In this document: in pieces, positions 26,834-34,490 of the stretch
How positions within the stretch are numbered: the stretch's first letter is position 1
Layout of the letters: every line of letters begins with the position of its first letter
DNA from: a virus
Taxonomy: Duplodnaviria; Caudoviricetes
Direction: 5' to 3' (one strand)
Length of the DNA stretch: 34,490 bases
IMG/VR virus record: IMGVR_UViG_3300037780_000088
Coordinates: 1-34,490 of that record
Made by a program: the position numbers and the translations under genes
Notes under the pieces: model-generated
Seen by the model: only the letters and a program-made list of their open reading frames with translations
Told to the model about the DNA's origin: nothing
Database searches by the model: none

Positions 26834-26886
26834 GGATCCTAAAAGGATCCTGGGTGGATCCGGTGCAGGATCCTACCGCCGGATCC
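26834..26886. repeat. Phased GGATCC array after the nozzle gene
   Basis: GGATCC at 26834, 26845, 26856, 26868, 26881. Confidence 0.85.
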
Positions 26887-26948
26887 GGCGGTGATTGATT
26901 CCACCCCCGCCGATTTCGGCGGGGCGAGATCTCGGAAAGGACAAAGGC

Positions 26949-27824
26949 ATGTCGAGCAACGGCGCGAAAATTGGGATCGGTATTCTGGCCCTGGCGGCGG
27001 CCACGGTAATGACCGGCGGGTTTGGCCTGGCCGGTGCGGGTGCGGCGGCTGGGGCGGCTGGGGCTGGTGCGGGTGCCGGCGCGGCGGCTGGGGCGGCGGG
27101 TGCGGCGGCGGCGGGAACGGCGGTGGGAACCGGCGCCACGGCGGCAGGCACGGCGGCGGCTGGTGCGGCAGCGGCGGGAACGGCAGCGGCAGGCACGGCG
27201 GCGGCTGGGGCCGGTGCAGGGTTCGCGGCGGGTGGCATGTCGGCAGTGAGCGCCGCGGGCCTGCCCATGTCCACGACGGCGGCCCTACAGGCCGGTGCGG
27301 GCGCCGGCGCGGCGGCTTCCGGGGCCAGCGCGGCGGGAAGCGCCGCCGCAAGTGAGGGGCTTTTTGCGGGGCTTCTGTCCTCCACAAAGCTGCGCCTTGG
27401 GATCGCCGCCGGCCAGTTGATGGCCACCGGGTATCAGTCCCACCAGCAGAACGCCGCCGCACAGCGGGCTATTGCGGTGCAGGAAGAAAACGAGCGGGTC
27501 AACCGGGTCAATACGGAACTGGATCTGGAATTCCGCGAAGGCGACAACCAGAACCGCCTGGCGCGGGCCTTGTCGGAACAGAGCGTCCTTTACAACGCCC
27601 GCGGCGGCGCCGGCACGGGTGCCGCTCGATCGGCGGTTAACCGGCTGGTTTCCGAAGCGAACCGGGAAAGCAGCCTGATCAACATTGCCCAGGGGATCAA
27701 TGCCCAGGGCGGCAACCTGGGGACCGTCTCGCGGGCCTTGCAGGCCCGGCGGGCGCGGGATCGGTCGTTGGGCGGCGCCGTTGGCGGCCTTCTCGATTTC
27801 GGAAGGGAAGTGGCGCGGGCATGA
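26949..27824 (+). CDS. Internal virion (ejection) protein, Ala/Gly-rich (291 aa)
   Basis: ATG 26949 with AAGG SD; hydrophobic N-terminus, long A/G/T tract, helical C-terminus; position of T7 gp14-like genes. Confidence 0.7.
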   Translation: MSSNGAKIGIGILALAAATVMTGGFGLAGAGAAAGAAGAGAGAGAAAGAAGAAAAGTAVGTGATAAGTAAAGAAAAGTAAAGTAAAGAGAGFAAGGMSAVSAAGLPMSTTAALQAGAGAGAAASGASAAGSAAASEGLFAGLLSSTKLRLGIAAGQLMATGYQSHQQNAAAQRAIAVQEENERVNRVNTELDLEFREGDNQNRLARALSEQSVLYNARGGAGTGAARSAVNRLVSEANRESSLINIAQGINAQGGNLGTVSRALQARRARDRSLGGAVGGLLDFGREVARA

Positions 27825-30712
27825 AACAGGCATTCACAACCCCCAAGTTTGACCGCCGGTTCTACAGCCTAAACCGCCTTCGGGGCGCGTCCCGGGCCGG
27901 CCAGCAATCCCTGGCGTCCATCGGCATGGAACAAGGGGTGGTCGGGGCGACGTTGGCCGGGATTACCCGGCTTGGCTCGGACCTGGCGGACCAATTGGAA
28001 AAGGACGAAAACGAGAAGGCCGCCCGCACCGGCACCCGCCTTGGGACCGTGGCCGGCCAGGAAAACTTCCGGGCGGGCCGCCCGCTGCAATTCCGCGAAG
28101 GCGACGACGTGGGAACAACGGCCTTCAATCAGGCCCTTGAGGCGTCCTATCTGTCGGAACTGGATTTGAACATTGACGACAATATGGGCCGCCTGGCGCG
28201 GGCGTTCCCCACGTCGCCGTCCTCGTTCGACGATGCCTTTGAAAACGAGATCCGGACCAAGTTGCTTCCGATGGTGGATGCGGACATGCGCCCTGCCCTG
28301 TCCATGGAACTGGACCGGCGGAAACGGAAGGCCCTGGAAGGGATTTTCAGCGCCTATGAACAACAGACGGCGGCGGAAACCAACGCCAGCCTTATCCGGG
28401 CTATGGATATCTACGGCGGCCAGAACGCCAGCGCGTGGCGCCACGGTGACCTTGAGACGGCCAGCGAGACGGATATGAAGTTCCGGGGCGTCCTGGATAG
28501 CCGCACGGATCTGACGCCCCAGCAAAAGGAAAAGGCCCTGCTGGATTTCGAGGCGGAAGGCCGCCGCCAGACGATCCTGGCGGCCTTCGACGAAGCCCAG
28601 GGCCAGGGATTGCCGGCGGCGGAAGCCTTTATCAAGGAATTCCGCAAGGGCCGACATAAGGACATAGATCCGGACGTGGTGGAAAGCCTGGCCGGGGAAA
28701 TGACGCAATCGTTGAACCTTGCCCGAGCCGACGCCAAGGCCATGGCCAAGCAGGCCCAGGAGCAAATTTCCCGCGTGGTTACCGTGCTGGAACAAGGCCA
28801 CCCGGTGGGGGACGCGCTGGAAAAGGCGGAACGCCTGCTGGGATCCGTGATGGATCCTGACGTGGCCCAGGAACTGAACCGGGCGAAGGATCTGTTTCGG
28901 CTGCAAAAGACCTTCCGGGGCATGACGCCGGTCACCCTGGCGGCCCAGGTGCGGGCCATGGACCAGGATATTTCCGGCGCCCGCAAGGTCACCCCGGAAA
29001 TGCTCCAAACCCGGGATTTGGCGGCCAAGATGTTGGACAACATGGAACGGGGCTTGAAGGACGATCCGCTGGAATACGCGAACCGCGTAGGTGTCGTGTC
29101 CCTGCCGGCGTTGGACTTGGAAAACCCGGCTTCTCTCACGGGGCGGGTGGAAGCCGCCGCCAGGGTGTCCGAGTTCTACGGGCGCCCTGCCCTGCCCTTC
29201 ACGGGCCAGGAAATGGACAGTATGGCCGCCGGGTATGCGGAAGCCGACGCCACGCAACGGTTGGCCTTCCTGGAACGCCTGGGGGCCTTTGACATGCCGG
29301 CGGACATGGAACGCCGGGTGCTGGACCGGATCGCCGGCAAGGCCCCTGCCCTCGGTCTGGCGGTCGAAATGGTCCGCCGGGATCCGATGACGGCCCGCGG
29401 GATCCTGCTTGGCCAAGATCTGATCAAATCCGGTGCCACGAACCGGCCCAAGGCCGCCGACGTGCAAGACCATTTCAACGCCTACGTCCAGGATGCCTTT
29501 CGGGCGGATCAAACCGGGGCCTCGCGCCGGGCGGCCCAGGAAGCAACCCTGGCCCTCTACATGCACATGTCGCAGGGCGACAATTCGGCGGAATTCGATC
29601 CCGACCGGTTCAACGAGGCCGCGGCCAAGGTGATTGGCACGGTGGCGGAACGTGAGGGCCAACATTTCGTCCTTCCGCCGGGGGTGACCGAAAGCCAGTT
29701 TGATGACCGCATGGACGCCCTGGCGGAAGCGGACCTGCACCCGGAACGCCTGCAATTCGAGGAAACGTCTTCCGGCCCGCACCGGTTGACGCGGGACGGC
29801 TTGGAGCCGATCGGCGCGGAAGAGGTCCGGGACGATGGGGTGTTGGTATCGGTCGGCCCCGGCCAATACATGGTCGGTTTCGAGCGTGAAGGCGGTATGC
29901 GCTTTGCCGTGCGGGCGGATGGGAAACCCTACGTTCTCGATTATGGCGCCCTGCCCTCGCCCAATCCTGCAGCACCGCCGAAATCGGCGGGATCGGCCGC
30001 AGCAAGCGACGAACTGGCGATGGGAAATGCCCGGGCCCTATTCCTGGCCGCACGGCGCTATGGCCGGACGCTGAAAGAGAAGTTTCAATCGTTGATCCCG
30101 CGCAGCACGGCGGACGAGGCAAAGCGGCAATTCCGTTCATCGGCGGCCCAGATTTCGGCCTCTGCCGCCGCGCGGACGCTGGAACACCTGTTCAACGAGG
30201 AAAGCCGCCGGCGCCTGGATGCCGGCAAGCGCGGCCCGGCGTCCAAGGTGACCTTTTCCCAGGATGACCTGGTGCCCAACGGCACGGATCAAGACGCGAT
30301 CGAAGCCCTGGCGCAAGCGGTCTGGAATAACGACGTGGATTTCAGGCAGCGGGTGGCCGAAATCCGTTTCGGCACGTTCGATGACGAATGGGTGGACCGG
30401 GTGAAGGCCGCCACGGGCCAGGATCTTTCCGGGCTGGTTGACGCGATCGACACCGGGCAGATCCAAAAGGCGTTCAAAAGCCATGGGCCCTGGGGTGAGA
30501 CGGCGGAAGATCAAGAGCCGGTTTCGCCCGAAGCCCTGTCCATTTACCGGGGCGTGGTGCGCCACTTCGATAGCGTGAGCGTCCGCCGGCACAAGAATGG
30601 GGACACCTTCCTGTTTGAAAAGCGGATCAACGGCGTGGTGGCCGTAATCCAGCAGCGCCGCACGGCCCAGGGGACGCTGGCATTTTTCAACATGTGGATG
30701 AAGAAACCGTAA
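27821..30712 (+). CDS. Internal virion protein with C-terminal PBECR3-like nuclease-fold domain (963 aa)
   Basis: ATGA coupling; long helical body; C-terminal 'IDTGQIQKAFKSHG...DQEPVSPE...FLFEKRINGVVAVIQ...LAFFNMWMKK' follows the PBECR3 pattern. Confidence 0.72.
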   Translation: MKQAFTTPKFDRRFYSLNRLRGASRAGQQSLASIGMEQGVVGATLAGITRLGSDLADQLEKDENEKAARTGTRLGTVAGQENFRAGRPLQFREGDDVGTTAFNQALEASYLSELDLNIDDNMGRLARAFPTSPSSFDDAFENEIRTKLLPMVDADMRPALSMELDRRKRKALEGIFSAYEQQTAAETNASLIRAMDIYGGQNASAWRHGDLETASETDMKFRGVLDSRTDLTPQQKEKALLDFEAEGRRQTILAAFDEAQGQGLPAAEAFIKEFRKGRHKDIDPDVVESLAGEMTQSLNLARADAKAMAKQAQEQISRVVTVLEQGHPVGDALEKAERLLGSVMDPDVAQELNRAKDLFRLQKTFRGMTPVTLAAQVRAMDQDISGARKVTPEMLQTRDLAAKMLDNMERGLKDDPLEYANRVGVVSLPALDLENPASLTGRVEAAARVSEFYGRPALPFTGQEMDSMAAGYAEADATQRLAFLERLGAFDMPADMERRVLDRIAGKAPALGLAVEMVRRDPMTARGILLGQDLIKSGATNRPKAADVQDHFNAYVQDAFRADQTGASRRAAQEATLALYMHMSQGDNSAEFDPDRFNEAAAKVIGTVAEREGQHFVLPPGVTESQFDDRMDALAEADLHPERLQFEETSSGPHRLTRDGLEPIGAEEVRDDGVLVSVGPGQYMVGFEREGGMRFAVRADGKPYVLDYGALPSPNPAAPPKSAGSAAASDELAMGNARALFLAARRYGRTLKEKFQSLIPRSTADEAKRQFRSSAAQISASAAARTLEHLFNEESRRRLDAGKRGPASKVTFSQDDLVPNGTDQDAIEALAQAVWNNDVDFRQRVAEIRFGTFDDEWVDRVKAATGQDLSGLVDAIDTGQIQKAFKSHGPWGETAEDQEPVSPEALSIYRGVVRHFDSVSVRRHKNGDTFLFEKRINGVVAVIQQRRTAQGTLAFFNMWMKKP

Positions 30713-30740
30713 GGGGTGCGCGGGATGACGGTTGGCCAGT

Positions 30741-30768
30741 GGATCCCTGGTGGATCCCCCAAGGATCC
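30741..30768. repeat. Phased GGATCC array
   Basis: GGATCC at 30741, 30752, 30763. Confidence 0.85.
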
Positions 30769-30834
30769 GGAAAGGCCCGCCGCCCTTAGCGCCGAAGCGA
30801 TCCCGCCCCGGCAATATAGTGGAAGGTCGATCAA

Positions 30835-32790
30835 ATGTTAATAGACACCCGGGACTTTCAGATGCAGGCGGCCTTAAGGCCGGAAGGCGAAAAGCCCACG
30901 GGGCTGGTGGAAAACATGCAGGCCGCCTTCCGAGCGACGGCGTTTTCGGATCTGTTCGTGTCCGAGTTCACCAATCTGCATTCGGCCTTTGACGGGTACG
31001 CGGCGGAAATCGAGGCCGCCACCGGCAAGCGCCTTCGGAACCCGTTGGACGTTGGGCCGGCCTATAACCAATTCGGCGTGGCCAGCCTGTCCGACGCGGC
31101 GCGGGCGCGTAAGGAAGCCTTGGACGAATTCATGGCCGAAGCGCGGTCCCTGCACGTCGTGGCGGACACGGAAGGCGGCGAGAACTTCCGGTTTCGCACC
31201 CTGGCCGATATCGAAGCGGCGATTTCCGCAGAGGCCCAGGCCCGGGACAAAACCCAAGCCGACGTGGCGGGCCGCCAGACGACGGCGGGCGCCTTCGGTC
31301 AATTCTTCGGATCCGCCGGCGCCTTGATGATGGACCCGCCGGTGGGTGGAACCCTGGCCTTCGGGGCGCAATGGGCACAGGGGATCCTACGCCCGTTGAT
31401 CGCGGAAACCCTGATTGCCGGCACGGTAGAGGCCGCGATACAGCCGAAGGTGCAGGAATATCGCCGGCGGCTGGGGTTGGAGGCTGGATTTGCGGAAGGG
31501 GCCTTGAACGTGGCCACCGCCGCCGGTGGGGCCGGCCTGTTCGGCGTTACGGCCAAGCTGGCTGGGATCGGATCGCGTGGGTTGTTGCGCATGTCCCGGG
31601 ATCTGATCCACGCCCGCACCGGTGCCGTGCGGGACGCGGAAACCATCCTGGAACGTGCCGCCGAACAGGAAGCCCTGGTGCCCCATGAAGACTATGAACG
31701 GTTCCTGGGGGACATGGACCGCGCCCAGGGGGCCGTCCGCGAAGGCCGCCCGGTGCGGGAAGACGATGTTGCCGGGCCGGCGCCGGCGCGTACCGCCGAA
31801 AACGAAGGGGCCGCCGGCGCCACCGCCGAAACCGGCGGGAATCGATCACCGGCGAAATCGGCGGTGGTCGACGAAGATCTGGCGACGGTTCGGGCCCCGG
31901 AGGCGGTGGAGGGTTTCCGCGCGGCGCGTGGCAACCGCACCAGCTTTGAACAGGTGGAAGAGACGATAGACCGCGGCGTGGTCACCGTAGGATCCGCTGT
32001 GGAGCCTTCCGGGATCCTGCCGTTTTCCGAAGAACTGGCGATTTTGCGGGGTAAGGCGCCGGCCCCGAAGCTGGAAAACTACCCGGTTCTTATGGCGATC
32101 AAGCGGGCCGGCGGGATCCGCCCGGACGCGATCGGGGCGGATGACCTGCGGGCAATCGGGGTGACCAGCCGCACCTTGCCGGGCCTGTTCAACAAGGCCA
32201 GCGAGTTCCGAGCCGTCGATAACCTGGGGGAAGTTCTGCACGATACAGGACTTTTCGGAACCCGGGCGGATGGGCGGGTGAGCCCGGACGATATCCTGGA
32301 AGCCATTGACGAGGAATTGCGCGGGCGCCCGTTGCGGCATGCCGACGACGCCGATACGGAAGTGCAATTGGACATTCTGGGGGCCTTGGACCGGATCCTG
32401 ACCGAAGAAAACATTTCGCTGGATCTGCCAGACGCGGAGATTGTCCGCCGGATGCAGGTGGCGGGCAGGGGGGTGGAGGAAGCCTATTACCCGGGCGGCG
32501 AGGAATTCGCCCGGTCGGTCGATGCCGCCACCCGTGAAGAACACGCCATGGCCGCCGAACGGGCGTTGGATGAACTTGACGGCGGCGAAGCCGAGCGGGA
32601 CGCGCTGGTGTCCCAGGAACTTCAAGACCTGATCGACGAGGATCCGGAAGCCCTGGTGCCGGTGGACGTGGCCATTGACCCGTCCACGGGCCGGGAAGTG
32701 CCGGTGTTCGTCACCCGCCAGGAATTGGCCGAAGGGTTCCAGCGGGAAGAAGCGTTCATTTCGGAGTTTGAAGCCTGCGCGGGTCTGTAG
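30835..32790 (+). CDS. Internal virion protein (651 aa)
   Basis: GAAGG SD; Gly/Ala amphipathic segment 'GQFFGSAGALMMDP', acidic C-terminus ending 'ACAGL'; synteny. Confidence 0.72.
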   Translation: MLIDTRDFQMQAALRPEGEKPTGLVENMQAAFRATAFSDLFVSEFTNLHSAFDGYAAEIEAATGKRLRNPLDVGPAYNQFGVASLSDAARARKEALDEFMAEARSLHVVADTEGGENFRFRTLADIEAAISAEAQARDKTQADVAGRQTTAGAFGQFFGSAGALMMDPPVGGTLAFGAQWAQGILRPLIAETLIAGTVEAAIQPKVQEYRRRLGLEAGFAEGALNVATAAGGAGLFGVTAKLAGIGSRGLLRMSRDLIHARTGAVRDAETILERAAEQEALVPHEDYERFLGDMDRAQGAVREGRPVREDDVAGPAPARTAENEGAAGATAETGGNRSPAKSAVVDEDLATVRAPEAVEGFRAARGNRTSFEQVEETIDRGVVTVGSAVEPSGILPFSEELAILRGKAPAPKLENYPVLMAIKRAGGIRPDAIGADDLRAIGVTSRTLPGLFNKASEFRAVDNLGEVLHDTGLFGTRADGRVSPDDILEAIDEELRGRPLRHADDADTEVQLDILGALDRILTEENISLDLPDAEIVRRMQVAGRGVEEAYYPGGEEFARSVDAATREEHAMAAERALDELDGGEAERDALVSQELQDLIDEDPEALVPVDVAIDPSTGREVPVFVTRQELAEGFQREEAFISEFEACAGL

Positions 32791-32817
32791 GATCCGGCAA
32801 GGATCCTGTGTGGATCC
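32790..32817. repeat. Phased GGATCC array
   Basis: GGATCC at 32790, 32801, 32812. Confidence 0.85.
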
Positions 32818-32841
32818 TGATTGGTGCCAAGGGGAAAAGCC

Positions 32842-34490
32842 ATGTCCATTCGTGATTGTCTGAAAGCCAAGGAAAAACAAGGGCGCGTCGATAAGCAGGA
32901 CGTGGACGAAATGTTGGACCTTATCGAAGCCCTGCAATTGGAACGCCGGGGCAAGATGAATGACGATGACGCCATGCGCCTGGCCATCCGGCGGGCCCGA
33001 GACATGAAGAAAGCGGATGCGGCCCGCAAGCGCCTGAACAATACCCGGGCGGCGATCATGGCAAAAAACATTGAACACCAAATGCTGGCCTATCGCGAAG
33101 GCCCGTCCAAGTTCGCCAGCGAACCGGGCGTGGTGGACAAGGGCGAAGGATTGCCGAACCCGGGCCGGGCAGGGATCGCTATTCTGACCCGGGACATTTT
33201 CGAGCGGGCAGGGCGCCCGAACGTCGAAGCCCGCCACCAGGCGGTCCTGGGCATGCTCCACAGCCGCGCGGAAGCCCTGTTGTCCGAATTCCGGCCCAAG
33301 CTGGCCGGCCTGAAACGCAACAAAGCCCGCATGGACAACGTGATAAGGGAACTGTTCGGCGGTGAGACGGGCGACGAAGCCGCGTCCCTGGCCGCCAAGG
33401 CGTGGTCTGCGGCGGCGGAATACGGGCGCCGGCGTTTCAATGCGGCGGGCGGCGATATCAAGAAGCGCCTGGATTGGGGGATGCCCCAACGCCATGACGC
33501 CTTCGCCGTGGCCGAAGTGCCGGCGGAAGACTGGATTGATTTCATTTGGCCCAAGCTGGACCGGAAAATGATGATTGATCCGGTGACCGGGCTTCCGTAC
33601 TCGGACGGCGGCCTTTTGATCGCGCTGCATAACAGCCATGAAGCGATCCGCACCAACGGCCTGGCGTTCCAGGAAGTGGGGCGGAAGCTGGGCGATCGGG
33701 CGAAGGCGAACACCCGCCAGCAGGTGCGAGAATTCATTTTCAAGGACGCCGATAGCTGGTTGGAATACCAGCACCGGTTCGGATCCACCGATGTGTTTGA
33801 AACGATGGTGGACCACCTGGACAAGCTGGCCATGGACATTGCCCAGATGGAAGTCCTGGGCCCGAACCCGGAACGCATGGTGACCTTTATCAAGGACGTG
33901 GTGCGGCGGGAAGCGGCGAAGGACGGGCCCAAGGCCCTGCAATCCGCCGTCAGTTTCGAAGACGTGATAGACGGCGTTTGGAACGAATTGACGGGCCGTT
34001 CCCGGATCCCGGTGGAAGCCGGCATTGCCCGCGGGTTCCAGGGGGTGCGGAATTTCCTGACTTCGGCGCAATTGGGATCGGCGTTCTTCCCGGCCTTGTT
34101 CGGGGATCTGGCCACGCAACGCCTGGCGCGGTCGTTCAATGGCCTGCCGCCCGTCCGCCAGTCAATCCCGCGCCTGCTTAAGATGTTCACGCCCCTGACG
34201 CTGGACGATCAACGGTTGGCCGTGCGGGCGGGGCTGGTGGCCGAAAACTGGTCTGGTACGGCGCTGGCCCAGCAACGGTTCGCCGGCAACATCATGGGTC
34301 CGAAATGGAGCCAGCTATTTTCCGACGTGGTGTTGCGGGCGACGGGCCTTAGCCCCTGGACCCAGGCGGGCCGCTTCACCTTCGGTCTGGATTTCCTGGG
34401 CCACCTGGGGGATCTGCGCGGCAAGAAGGTGGCGGAAATGCCGGCGCCGACACAGCGGGCCCTGAAACGGTACGGGATCACGGACGGGGA
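32842..34490 (+). CDS. Large internal virion protein, N-terminal part (continues at 1..911; ~840 aa)
   Basis: ATG 32842 (MSIRDCL...), open to the window end and so absent from the ORF track; 'RRFNAAGGDI....DWGMPQRHD', 'FKDADSWLEYQHRFG', 'LGPNP' resemble epsilon15/BPP-1-type internal proteins. Confidence 0.82.
   Translation, partial: MSIRDCLKAKEKQGRVDKQDVDEMLDLIEALQLERRGKMNDDDAMRLAIRRARDMKKADAARKRLNNTRAAIMAKNIEHQMLAYREGPSKFASEPGVVDKGEGLPNPGRAGIAILTRDIFERAGRPNVEARHQAVLGMLHSRAEALLSEFRPKLAGLKRNKARMDNVIRELFGGETGDEAASLAAKAWSAAAEYGRRRFNAAGGDIKKRLDWGMPQRHDAFAVAEVPAEDWIDFIWPKLDRKMMIDPVTGLPYSDGGLLIALHNSHEAIRTNGLAFQEVGRKLGDRAKANTRQQVREFIFKDADSWLEYQHRFGSTDVFETMVDHLDKLAMDIAQMEVLGPNPERMVTFIKDVVRREAAKDGPKALQSAVSFEDVIDGVWNELTGRSRIPVEAGIARGFQGVRNFLTSAQLGSAFFPALFGDLATQRLARSFNGLPPVRQSIPRLLKMFTPLTLDDQRLAVRAGLVAENWSGTALAQQRFAGNIMGPKWSQLFSDVVLRATGLSPWTQAGRFTFGLDFLGHLGDLRGKKVAEMPAPTQRALKRYGITDG
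34454..34490. repeat. Terminal overlap, right copy
   Basis: Matches 1..37 with one mismatch. Confidence 0.95.

Noticed and set aside
19615-34190. Long minus-strand ORFs (19615-21519, 24637-26475, 27869-29866, 31846-34119, 33090-34190)
   Set aside because: Antisense shadows of GC-rich structural genes; the plus-strand frames carry the recognisable motifs.
1-34490. tRNA/rRNA genes, integrase, transposase, CI repressor, toxin-antitoxin pair
   Set aside because: None recognised by eye; a small or divergent example cannot be excluded without HMM or tRNAscan searches.

Overview
The window appears to be the complete genome (~34,453 bp; the two ends overlap by 37 bp) of a small, GC-rich podovirus-type phage-plasmid, probably of an alphaproteobacterial host (inference). 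The virion module has a T7/epsilon15/BPP-1-like layout: tail fibre, Gly-rich adhesin, chaperone, TerS, TerL, portal, scaffold, capsid, decoration protein, tail tube A/B and four internal virion proteins, the last spanning the contig join. The lysis cassette has a holin-like gene, a lysozyme-fold endolysin and, where spanins would be expected, a lipoprotein fused to a class-3 lipase. The plasmid module has a RepA flanked on both sides by four 18-bp iterons, ParA with a small RHH-type partner, and a D12-class adenine methyltransferase. I recognised no integrase or CI-type repressor. The non-coding and linker DNA is the most striking part: (1) seven phased GGATCC arrays (~11-bp period), one covering the parA promoter; (2) about 20 dispersed CCGCCG-N4-CGGCGG palindromes at gene ends and inter-domain linkers; (3) a perfect chromosomal-type parS; (4) CATACC-N4-GGTATG operator-like palindromes at late-gene starts; (5) a C4-like antisense RNA with a matching target just downstream of a promoter; (6) a ~260-nt structured leader before the capsid gene. 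All product calls come from motif recognition and synteny, not database searches.
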